Assembly (NCBI GenBank): GCA_010909165.1
Contig: MU008184.1
Span: forward strand, 1-64,000
Direction of reading: 5' to 3'
DNA: 64,000 bases
Source of the DNA: Anthoceros angustus
Taxonomy: Eukaryota; Plantae; Anthocerotophyta
In this document: positions 12,700 through 24,000 of the stretch, in pieces
Layout of the letters: each line of letters starts with the position of its first letter
How positions within the stretch are numbered: position 1 is the stretch's first letter
Program-made: the position numbers and the translations under genes
Notes under the pieces: model-generated
The model's database searches: none
What the model was told of the DNA's origin: nothing
Seen by the model: the letters and a program-made list of their open reading frames with translations, nothing else

Positions 12700-14763
12700 A
12701 CCAAGTTTGAGCTAGGTGGGACCGTGGAGTGAAGAGGAAGCAAGTGAAGGGCCAGTTGCCTGTGGATCTTGTGTGATGAGGAAGAAATAATTGAGGTGGT
12801 AGGGTGAGGTGACCACTAGGTGGAAACGAAAGAGGAGGAGGCCAAATTGTCTTGTTATGGAAAGGAAGGTTGAGGAGAAGGGGGAAGAGAAAAAGGAGAA
12901 TCGGAAGTGTCATGAGCTACTTGAGAAGGCTATGGACATGTTACAACATGGGCATAAGTCTAGAGAGAAAGGTGGTTGGTGCACTGAAGAGCTCAAGGAA
13001 GAGAAATGGAGAATGTTTGCTAAGATTCTCCTTGGATTGGTGAGTGCGCAACGGAAGACATATCTTAGTGATGCGCAGTTATATTTCATCCGGAGGTTGT
13101 CTAGGGGCTACCCATTGGGGAATGGTAATGTATGATGTTTAACGCACACGCGGAAGGTTGCTTATACCCAATGCGAGGAATCCAAGAGCACGAGAAATAC
13201 ATACCTCTCCACCCACCGATTCATATTTATGAGCTCCAAGGATTATTGAAGCTGTGAATTGGAATTTTCCAAGATGGATTTCCAAGTGGTATCATTGGAT
13301 GCGTGGAGTCCCTAAGCCCGTGAGAGAAGTTCCCCAACAAGAGACGGGAAGAAGAGGAAAGCAATGGAGGAGCCTACTACTGTCCCACGCAGTGAAGGAG
13401 GAGAAGAAGTTCATTCAATGAGAGCATCGGGAAGAAGGTGGTAGGAAGCGTGAGTTGGATCCACTCCCTACGGCGGTGGAGAGCGAAGAAGCTCGTGGAG
13501 AGAGTCAAGGCGGCTTCCATTGCGGAGGAAGCCGCAAGAAGAGCTGGTATGGGAGGAAGAGAAGGAGAAACCAGCCGGGCGGAACTTGGGCAAGTAGGAA
13601 GGGGCATAACCCATGGGGCCCAGAGGCCCACTGCCCTACAGGGGGGCACAGATGAGTAGGGGTGAGGGACCCCACCGAGGGAGTGAGCGAGGGTCGAGTC
13701 CCCACGACGGTGTGGCACCCGAGGTAGTGAGGGGGTGCAAGTGTCCCTACCTATAGGCGAGGGGCTGCTCCTAGTGGAGTGGCAGATGGATAGGCCTATG
13801 GATAGGCCTATGGAGGGGCCCAGAAGGAGGCGCTCACATGAGCCAGAATGGAGCTAGGGGTGACATGGTTTTGAATTGAACGACCCATGGATGTCTCAAA
13901 CATCCGTGGCGACTTGGACACTTTGGGAGAGGTGTGGCATGTGTGGGATAGCAAGGAACTTGGATGAGAGGAGGCTTGCCCATGTTGTAGCTACCTCCTA
14001 AGGGGCTACCTCATAACCGCGGAAGGAGTAGAACTAGGTACCTTTAGGGGTGTTGGGGCCTCAAGAGGGAACGTGGATACAAGAATTAAGGGCAGCTCAA
14101 ACTAGGATTTTAGAGCTAGAGTCAAGTGTAGGTAGGCTTACCGAAAGAGAAAGGCGACTTACATGGGAGCTTGAGGGAGTCGCGTTGAGGCATCAAGAGA
14201 TGGTGCAAGAGTTGGATGGCATTATGGTGACACGCTAAGGAGAAGGAAGGATGGGTCTTGGAGAAGAGATGAGAGAACAAGTCCAACAATTGGTGTGTGC
14301 CATGGCGATGGCCAAGAAGGATGTAAAGGAGGTCCGTGAGCTCATGGAGACTAAGGATGAGTTATTAAATGGCAAGGACCTCGAGGTAGGAGAAATGAGA
14401 AGGGAGAAGGAGACCCTACAAGAGTCATGGGACTCCCTCCAAGCAGAGTTAGAAGAAGCCAAGGGGGCTGTGAGTGAAGCTAATCGTAGGACCTCGCAAG
14501 AGGAAGAGAGTCGCAAGAAGGCTGAGGACATGGTACGCCGCTTGATGGTTGTGCGTAAGAGAAGGTTCAGAGCCGATCACGCCTTGCAAAAGAGGATGTT
14601 GAGGCGCGTCCATGATGCGGAGGAGAAGTATCATGCTATGTCCATACAAATGGGGCTTGTGGAAAGGGAGGCTTTGCAAGAGAAGTGTGGACGGCGAGTG
14701 GCCCGCAGACTTGGAAGACTTGAAGAACAAATATCGCAACCTACAAAGTTAATTCGCCAATAG
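12700..14763 (+). pseudogene. Extra sense-strand ORF downstream of pol in element A (conserved N-terminal domain plus coiled coil)
   Basis: Pieces 12809-13135 (GWCTEELKEEKWRMFAKILLGLVSAQRKTYLS), 14050-14238 and 14251-14763 (coiled coil, LMVVRKRRFRADHALQ). Homologous to ORFs at 18403-19188 and 17503-17694. Confidence 0.75.
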
Positions 14764-15147
14764 ATCAAGCTAGAATCAAGGCTGATCTGGTAGAGCTTGA
14801 GGGAGAGGTTGGCACCCCCACGTTGATGATAGAAGGATGCTAGAAGCGTAAGGTTTTGAAGGTCATGGACCTTGTGACCCAAGCGAGACGGTGGAGTCGA
14901 TGAGTCGAATGGGAAGAAATGAATGAGCAAGCCGAGAGGATGACTGAGGAGGAAGAGGAAGGCATGGAGCAAGATCCGCCACGGGAGACCTTCGCAGTGG
15001 AGAGCGTGGAGGCGGTAGGGCCATAAGAAGTGACCCACGTCCGAGGTGTAGAGGGTGGCCCTACATCCGTAGGATCACCGGCGGTGCGACGGCATCTAGA
15101 GGTAATTGAAGAGGGTGGTGGTAGCTTGGAGCGTGGGCTCATTGCTT

Positions 15148-15173
15148 AGGGGAAGACTTTTCTTTAGGGAGGA
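15148..15173 (+). promoter_or_regulatory. Polypurine tract region before the 3' LTR
   Basis: AGGGGAAGA...AGGGAGGA ends about 10 nt before TGTCAAC at 15184. Confidence 0.65.
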
Positions 15174-15183
15174 CATTAATGCT

Positions 15184-16266
15184 TGTCAACCAAGAGGGTG
15201 TGTTGACTAGCTGGATAGGAATGTTGTGTGAGCCATTAAGGCTCACATAGGTAGAATTTGCTAGAATAGAATTTCACCCAAGATGCTTGGATGTCGAACT
15301 TAAAAACCGACGAGGATACACTAAAATAAGGAGTGAGGCGGGAGGCGCGCCTGGGGAGGTCAGATGTGAGGACCTCCTACAAAAGGAGGGAGCTTGTGAA
15401 GTAAAATTATCGTGTCTTGCGCTCCCCTACCGCGAGTCCTTTGCTCCTTGTGAAGGAAGTTCGTGCCGCAAGCTAACGAAGGCCCGGTAGAGAGGGAGTT
15501 TGCGACGGCCGGAGTGCTTGGCGGAGGGCTGCCCCGCAGTGTCTCGCGAGTTGCTCCCTTGTGAATGGTTGCCGTGTGAATTGCTTTGCTTTGAGTGTGT
15601 GGCGATGCTCAAGGAACTCTCGGCTTGAGGGTAGACTGCAGGAAAGACTCGGAGGTTCTCGCCGTCTGTGAACTACACAGAACCGCCCAAGGAAAACTTG
15701 TTGATTCAGAGACGGACCCTGTGCGCCAGCCGTAAGGGCGAGTTGGAATCAATAAGCTAGATGGTGGTATTAGAGTAGGAGGTCATGGAAGGAGAGTAAG
15801 TAGGTGTAGGGCTAAGAAAAGCGTTGATGATGGTAGAGGAACCGAATATTGAGGAGGGACTTAGCGTGTAGATCATAGCAAGGCCCAAGGCGAGCCTAAG
15901 GGAGGTGTCCCAAATCGGCGAACGTGCTCGGGTAAGGGGAGCTAGCCCCGGGAGGATAACATTGCGGTGCGGATCGGGGTCCTGGTGCCCACGGTGATTC
16001 CACGCTTCGAGGCATGGCCTACGATAGTGTCGTGTCGCTGTAGGCCGTGAATTGGTGAATTTTCAAGGCAAGTAGTGTAGCCGCTGAGGGAAGTAGGATG
16101 ATGCCTTGCTTGTTGAGGGGCCGGTGGTTGTAAATAAATGTGTGCATGGGTTGAACCTTCAGCCGTACACAACCAAGATCTCATGGGACGAAACCCAACG
16201 CGTTGTTTATAAGGAGTGTGGACGCTACAGGGTGAATCTCGGAAGCCCCGGGATCTGCCCACCACA
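15184..16266 (+). repeat. LTR A2
   Basis: TGTCAACC...GCCCACCACA; direct repeat of 1684-2765. Confidence 0.9.
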
Positions 16267-16269
16267 CCA

Positions 16270-19200
16270 CACTTGACCAAAAAACAAAAAAAAACACTTC
16301 AAGGCACATCCCAACAGGGGGTTTCCAAGTCCAGATCGTTCACATACTCCCCTTCTCATTTGTTGGCGTCCTCACCAACTTAGGTATAATACTTCTTGAT
16401 CCTCCACCCGTTAACCGGGGTTGGTAGTGGAGGTCCACCTAACTCTTGCAGCTGTACGTATCCATTGGTAAAGACTTCGAGAACTCTATATGGCCCCATC
16501 CATCGAAGGTGGAGCCCCCTGGAAAGTGCATATACCTATTGTCGTACAGCAGGGCCAAGTCACCGGGGACTACCCACTCTTGCTTCCGCAACGACTACCG
16601 GGGTAGGCTGACTACCTACCATGGTAGTCTGATCTCTTTCCCCTCCTTCTTCTTTTTCTCCATCGGCGATGTCTCTCGGGTGGAGATCCTCCTTGCTCCT
16701 ATCCTCCTGTTTGATTTGTCCATACCTTGCTTGGAGCATTTCTCACAGAGTCTTTCTCCCCCAATCGCTGGCCGATGTCTAACTTCTTCGGGCCCTTTTT
16801 GCATTTGACTCTTCTCCTGGCCCTGGCTCTTCCCTTATCCGAGGGGTGAGGGAATTTCCTACCCCTCCCCTACCTCGACGGGTCGGACCCCGTCCTTAGT
16901 CTCTTCTGGTGGGATTGTCTCCCCCACCTCCTCTTCTATTCCTGCAGGGGGTGTGTCACTAGGCCCCCCGGCTCCTTCCCTCACAGCCCTCCGCGGCCGA
17001 CTCCCCAGCAAGCCCTCTGGCCTCACCCTAGTCCGCGACTACGGCGTGGCGGTTCACCATGGTAGTCGCGACACCATGGTAGTCCGCATCACCGTGGTAG
17101 GGTGGTCACCTACCGTGGTAGGGTGACCCCCTGGGAGGGCGGGCTGTCCCCCCTCCTTGCGCTCCGCGCCATCTTCCACCCTTGGCGCTGCGGCCTCTCC
17201 TTCGCCCTCCGATTCTTCAGACCCTTCGGAGTCCATGTCGCTTATGGCCTCATCAAAATCGGAGGCCTCCAGCTGCACCTGCTGCAGCTCCTTCCTATCA
17301 TCATCGTGAGGACCCAATGTCCTCCTCTTGGCCAGTCGCAACACTTCGTTGTTGGCCTTCAATATCCGGTTATGAAGATGAGCGCCCAAGCTATGATATT
17401 GCATTTGGAGATCATCAATCTCCGTGGGCCACTCTCCATCCTCACACCTACCCTTGTAGGCGTCTCTCGCGGTGGTCAATTCTCCCACCTTCACATGGAG
17501 GGTTACATTCTCCTCCTTGCTTCCTTCAGCTGGCTGGCCAATTTCGCTTGAAGGGCATAATCTGCCCAAAACCTTCGCTTCCTCACTACCAGCATCCTGT
17601 GCACCACCTTCTTGTGGTGCTCCTCCTCTTGGAACCTCCTTTGTTCCAGCTCGGCCATTTGCTTGGCAAGTCTCTCTCTCTCCTCCACTTGCACCCTTTT
17701 CGGCCCAACTCTTGTAGTCGAGGTCTTGAGCCTCCCCCAAGCGCTTCTCCTTCCAAATCGCTTCTTAATTCTTCCATATCCGGATTGTGATGGCTTGGGT
17801 AGCCATCACCTGCTCTTGTGCGTCCATTTGTTGGACCGCCACCTTCTCCCTTCCTAGAGCCTCCGTTTTGCCCTTCCGTTCTTGCTCTAACTGGGCAAAA
17901 TGCTCCTCCGCCTTCTGCCTCCAAGAGTCCCTTTGGGTTGTCGCCCGAATGGCTCTCTCCTTTGTTTGTGACAACCTTCCCTCCAGGACCTTCTCCGCGC
18001 GCCGTTGATCCAGTGGCGCTCTGACCTTCTCCAACTTGGCTGCCTTCTCGTCGGACTCCATGGCCTCCAATTGCCATTTAGTCCCTGCTTTCCTCTCCGT
18101 CATTTCTTGGGCTTTGACTTCCTCCTGACATGCCCACAAGGAGGCTGCTAGCTCCCTAGCCCCCTTCAAATCCACATGGCTGAGTGCTTCACAAGCACTC
18201 AGCAAGTCTCCTAAGGGCCCAAATTCTGCCCCTGTTGGCCTCTTGCTGGAAATCTCCAGCTCCCTAGCATTCCGCGGGCCATCACGCGACGGCGTGGGTC
18301 CCCTCACGGTCGCCCCATCCGCCCTTCCTCCAAGCGCGGGTAGTGGTGTGGCGCCGCCGCACTTGTGCTTCTCTTTCCCTTCCCTACCGTAGGTTGCTTT
18401 TCCTACCGGGCGGGTGCTTCACCGTGGTAGGCCGACTCCCCACACAGTCCGCCCACCTCCCGGGTAGGGCGCCGGGTGCCTCCGCTAGGCACAAACGAGA
18501 TGGTGGGGACTCCCCCCACCCTTGGGGCTGTTACCCCTCCTGTGGTAGTCCTCCTCTCATAGACTACCATTCGGCCTTCCTCGGCTGGTTCCTGTTCCTC
18601 TCCTCCTCCTTGCTCCTGTGGAGGAAAAGATTCCCACTCCAACCTTGTTGCCTCTACATCCTCCGCCCTTGCTCCTAGCATGCTTGTGGAGGTCTGACCT
18701 CCCACTGTCTTCCTTAATGCAAAAGGCAAGGGCCTTTCCAAGCTTGGCTGGAGATGGATTATCTCCGAAGGATGCCAAGCATCTTCCAACTCCTTGCTTG
18801 TGAGGAGTCCCTCCGTTTCCCACAAATGCACCAAATAGGTGCTAAGGTAGCAAGGCCTGGGCCCTTCCTCATCCACCGAATTCGGCTTGAGGAGCTTCTC
18901 CCTGTGGTGGATGTATGCTTCATACATAATTGTTCCCCAATCCGGCTTGGCTCCCATGGAAATCTTCCACAAAAACTGGAGGAAGTTGGTGCTGAAATAA
19001 GAAGTCCTTTGGTAATTCACCAACCCCAGCACAATCTTCGCAAAGAGCCTCCACTTCAGCTCCTTGATGCTATCTGTTTTCCAGCCATTCTTGGCATGGG
19101 CCTTCACTCCTCCGTCCATCATGTCGAGGAGCTCTTGCGGAATTTTGGAGAGGGCCGTCCTCTTTCCTCCATTCACAATTTGCTCCACCTCGCGTCTTCA

Positions 19201-20034
19201 ATCTCTTCAATCTCACACCGCGCTAGGCACCTCAACTTCGTGGCTCCTGACAGATTCCAAGACTCAAGGCCTCCTTCAGCTTATTGTGGTCCAAACACCG
19301 TGGTGTTCGAGCGCTCGAGTCTGCCTCCTCTTCTCCTTCGCCTAGGGTTTCCTCTCGTTCGCGCGCCGCCCTCCTCTTGCTCGCAAATCGCAGCGACAAC
19401 GGCAATGGCAGCTTCCTTTTCTCCTCTTTCTCGCGCTTCCCTTACGCTCCAGCTCCAGTCTCAGTCTTTTGTGAAGTGAGGACGCCTCAGCTCGAAGAGG
19501 AAGTTGGCGCTGCCCCAAACTGCACTTTGCCTTCTTTGGATGACTGCCACCTGGAGGCTGCACAACCCTAGATTTGGTTCATCATTTCAAAATCCTAATC
19601 CTATCTAAACTGCCTATTTTTCTATTCTAGCCGCTACCCCTAATTAACCTATATATTTATTCCCCTATTGATGAGCATATATAGTGGATATCCCCCTATA
19701 TTCATTGCTTTTCCTGGCCGAGATCCATGACCGCGTAGTTACGCCCCATGTAGTCTGCTCCTCTCACCACTGGCGTGAGTGTGGCCTCACGATGGTAGTC
19801 TCGCTACCCTACCGCCTTTCGACCGCCATTCCGCTTCACCAAATTCGTTTTGACCGTTCTTTGTCTGGGATATCTTCTTGACTTCCTAACAATATCCTAC
19901 AACTTCGACTTCAAGGTTCCTTTAAAATTTCCGCATGCTCCTTTTCAATCATTTTTAGCCAAAAAAATCAAACTTGTTTGCCTCTCTCGGCTCTTTTGGA
20001 ATTTGGTTGCCCAAACTTTATGCGTTCCATGCCT
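16270..20034 (-). mobile_element. Internal fragment of a related gypsy family B (extra ORF plus integrase tail)
   Basis: Frameshifted extra ORF at ~19340-17054 (NGWKTDSIKELKWRLFAKIVLGLVNYQRTSYFS...PDWG; MLVVRKRRFWADYALQ). Integrase tail GDLALLYDNRYMHFPG..LRWMGPYRVLEVFTNGYVQLQEL...VNGWRIKKYYT* at 16575-16380. Confidence 0.8.
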
Positions 20035-21628
20035 TGTCAACCCAAGAGGTGTGTTGACTAGCTAGATAGGAATGGGATGGGAGCCATTAAGGCTCACATA
20101 GGTGAAGTTGTTGTAATAGAATTTTACCCAAGATGCTTGGATGTCGAACTTAAAGTCCGTGACAGGGATACACTAGAATAACGAGTGAGGCAGGCAAGGA
20201 GGGCAAGTGGGGAGGCTGTGAGGACCTCCCTATAAAAGGAGGGAGCTTGTGAAGTAAAATTATCGGCTTGCGCTCCCAAACTCACAGTCCTTTGCTCCTC
20301 AGTGAAGGAATTTCGTCAGTTAACGCAGTGTCCGGGTAGAGAGGGAGTTTCATATGGTCGGAGTGCTTGGCGGAGGGCTTGCTCCTCATGGGCGCCCGCA
20401 GTTGCTCCTTGTGAATGGCTGTGAAATTGCTTTGCTTTGGGTGTGTGGCGATGCCCAAGGAACTCCTGGCTTGAGGGTAGACTATGGAAAGACTCCTGGA
20501 GGTTCTCACTGTCTGTGCAAACTCATAGCAACCGCCAAGGAAGAACTTGCGCTTGTAGGCGCACCCTGTGCGCCAGCCAAGGGCAGCTAGGGCCAGTGAG
20601 CTTGAAGTAAGGTTAGATTAGGAGGATGAGGAGTTGAGTTGAGGTGAGTGTTGAGGAGAATGTGGAGCTGAATGTTGAGTAGAGGAGCAGGTAGAGATTA
20701 GGAGGCAAGAAGGCCCAAGTGGGAGCTTCAAGGAGGGGTCCCAACACACTCAAACCGAGACCGGAAGTGGGCCAAGGTCTCAAAATCACGGGTGGAGGTC
20801 ACTCAGAGGGGGTCCCTATGAGGGTGGACCTACGGTCAGAGGGTGACCCTCACCCAGGATGTCGCGTAGTCCGAGCCGAGATCCGACGGAGCAAGTGGAG
20901 GTGTCGGTCACCGCCAAAGTGGAGTTTTGTGGGCGCAGCAGGTTGTAGTTGGAGCTGTGGCCGGAAGTTGGAGAGGCCTTGAACTAGGGCGAGGTAATCT
21001 ATGTCATACGCCAGTGCGATCCCCTACCGGTGGTAGGATGCGCCTGCGTGCTGGGATAGGGTGTCTCCTCCCACGAGGAATGAGGGTGTGCCGCCCACCA
21101 AAGGCACTAGGATCTCCTACAACTCTCCTACAAGTGGTAGGAGGGTAGGCCCTACAATTGTTTGTTGTTGGTTGTAGGTCCCGAGGCGGCAATTGGAGCA
21201 GCGGAAGCAGCGCGCCGAGTTGGTGGTTGAGGATGTGCCAATTGTGGGAAGGCAATGGGAAAGGAATAGTGGACGATCACGGGGTGGTGAAGTCGCGTTG
21301 CAACGTAGGGGGTCCCTACGTATGTAGCCTACTGACCTACTGCCGTAGGGTGTGGACCTATAGTTGTAGGGTGTCGTTGTAGGTCCAGAAGCGGTGATTG
21401 ATGGAGCAACACAGTGAGGCGTGGTTGCTGTCTGTGGAGTGAGTTGAGGTTGCTCCAGCTGTGTGAGGGAGCTTGGGGGTGTGAAGAGGTGTGTGGTTTG
21501 TGCCTTGGATACTGGTGACCTGACAAACAAGAGTCTCATGGGACGAAACCTATTGTACTTAGCGACAATGGGATAAGTGTGGCCACTAGAGGGTGAATCT
21601 CGGAAGCCCCGGGGATTTGCCTCCCACA
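20035..21628 (+). repeat. LTR of a third related gypsy family (~1.6 kb), followed by PBS-like TGGCGCCC
   Basis: Starts TGTCAACCCAAGAGG and ends CCTCCCACA. The first ~550 bp and last ~90 bp match LTR A; the middle is diverged and longer. TGGCGCCCC at 21631. Confidence 0.8.
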
Positions 21629-21960
21629 GGTGGCGCCCCTTGTGTGTGTGTGAAAGCGGGTGTGAGGGATCCTAGGAACTTTGGTCCCTATGAATCGGTG
21701 AGGGCATGAAGCGTGGAGTGCAAAATAAAATCTGGTCTGTGAGCAGCGGTAGCCGCCCGTGACTGGCGTCCATTTGGTCAAATTCGACCTACAAATTGAA
21801 AACCAATCTCTGGATTGGGTACTTTTCCAAAAACCAAGGGCAAAAACCACACTATCTGCATTGCCTGTAGTTGTCAAAAGCACCTTTTCTAGCTTTTTGA
21901 TGCCATTTGACCCTAGTAAGAAAGGTCCATGGTTGGATCAAGTTGGAAAATACCCCAACC

Positions 21961-22075
21961 GGTTGTCGTTTTGAACTCAGATTTGTGAGCGAGTTCAAAC
22001 GGTTGTCGTTGAACTCGTTATAGTATGTGTTCAAAGCGACCGCTTTTGTCGGGTTGTTTGTCGCTTTGAACTGGA
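21961..22075. repeat. Array of alternating inverted TTGAAC/GTTCAA motifs (candidate transposon subterminal repeats)
   Basis: TTGAACTC 21971, GAGTTCAA 21991, TTGAACTC 22009, and the perfect 12-bp inverted pair GTTCAAAGCGAC 22029 / GTCGCTTTGAAC 22060. Confidence 0.7.
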
Positions 22076-24000
22076 CATTTATGACAATTTCAACCAATGT
22101 GCTAAGTTGAAAGCGCAATGACACCTCAATATGCTAAAAATCGGTTTTTGTACACATTGGTCCAAGTATGCGGAGCATCACGCCACCGATCTTGAGGTTG
22201 TGGCACCATAAAAACAATAAGAATATGTGTCTTCATGTCAAAACCCAAAAGACAAACATGCATGCACACACATCGATTTGGTACTATAGTGGGAGACTAG
22301 AGGTATAAGACACCAAGATCCCACATGGGCCATATGCCAACTATATGTCCAGCGTTCAAACTATACAAAATGCTCACATATATTAAAAGAAAAGTGCCAT
22401 GGCACCATATAGCTCTCTAGGACAATAGGTCACTTTTGAATTTTAGTCAAGTGACCCATACTCATAGCGAATAGACATGGGTGTCGGACCTAGGTTGGAT
22501 CTGCGGTCTGAAGACAAGCTTTCTTTTATAGCGCCAAGGCACCGGACATCCGGTGACCTTTGCACCCGTTATCGATACAAACAATTTCGCCACTCTTGTT
22601 ATGAACAAGTTTGAAGTCTCTGATGCTCTAGCACTCCACCCACACCAAAACAAAGCCTATCCTAGCTAGGGTTTATGGCTCCCAAAAAGGAGGACCTCAT
22701 CATAGGCTGCTTGCCCTCCCTTTGTCGGCCAACCTCCCGCCTATATGTTGGCACCTACATACATGAAGGCGTGATCGGTCATTGGCTCACGGCCAAGACC
22801 TTACTACCATGCATGACCGCACCATCAACAAGAGGACAACAGTAACGTAAAATCAAGCAGCCGAATCGGCGGCAACATCGAATACACCAAAAACCAGCAA
22901 TAGCAACACACCGGCCAAGCACTAGTACCGCCAGCGGCGGATGCATGATTGAAACACCTTACTGCAAAGCCTTCACTCGGCCCAGCTCGGCTTCTCCCGA
23001 ACCCTCTCACAGTGCCAATGCCTTGGCAGTGTTCCGCCATTACAAGCGCCCGGCTCCTCGGCGCCTTCTTGCTGCCCCGCCTCTTACGCCTCTAGCTCCT
23101 CCTTCCGTCAACTCCATTATTGGGCTTCTGGCCGAGATATGGCACGAACCTCCAGACTCCATCTCGGTGCCTTCACCTCCTTCCGATAGCGTGAGATCAT
23201 GGCGGATGTCACGGGCCTCTGACCTCCCTCCTCTCGGTTAGAGTCCTCACCTCCTGGGCTCCCTCAAAGAAACCCTTATCCCCACCTCCCCAGTGGAACC
23301 CGAGAGGCTTTGGGAGTGGCAAGCGGATGCCACTAATAAGGGTTGGCCACCAGTGGCGATGATGCCTCGGAGGCGCCCCATGCTCCCTCAAAGTGGATCT
23401 CCTCCAGCCCTCTTCTGCACAATGTATCTGTGTGACCCGTGGTGGGGGTAGTGGCCATACTTTGGTCCTCATAGGAGCCCGGTTGAGTGCAACAACACTC
23501 TTAACACCGTCTGGTGGTCGGGTTTCGCTCACCGCCTCGGCCACCGGTGAGCGGAAAATTGACGCCACACAGATGGATTCTTCCTCCGTTGCGTGCGCGC
23601 ATGGAAGGCAAAACCACGGGAGGTGGTTGCGGCGGTTGTTGGAAAGCTAGAGTGCAGCAAAGGGCCAAAATACCACATGGCGTGTATCGTTTCCCTGTCC
23701 ACACTGCCCAATAGCTCAAAGCGGCCACACCTCAATTATCGAGCCGAGCCACGCCCAATCACAAAACCCAAATATGGTGGCGGAAACAAGCGTAATGCTC
23801 ACCACAATTAGAAGCGACCGAGGAGCTTTGCGGACATCGGTGCAAAAGGCACAATGCATCAACATCAAAACTCTATGTCAAAACATGAACACGGGATCAC
23901 ACATCCACATATACCTAAACATCTATGTCACGACTATGTATTCCATCCTCGACCTCGGCCTCTCTACAGGCCAACCTCGAAATTACGAATCCTTGGTGGG

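Larger units (their letters stand above)
1684..16266 (+). mobile_element. Ty3/gypsy LTR retrotransposon A (non-chromovirus, Athila/Tat-like), ~14.6 kb, with 3' tandem repeats and an extra ORF
   Basis: Two ~1.08-kb TG...CA direct repeats, a PBS, gag, PR-RT-RH-IN domain order, and a purine tract before the 3' LTR. No chromodomain after the integrase GPY/F motif. Confidence 0.9.

Noticed and set aside
12700-14763. Retroviral-type envelope gene
   Set aside because: No signal peptide or transmembrane helix is visible; the protein is charged and coiled-coil.
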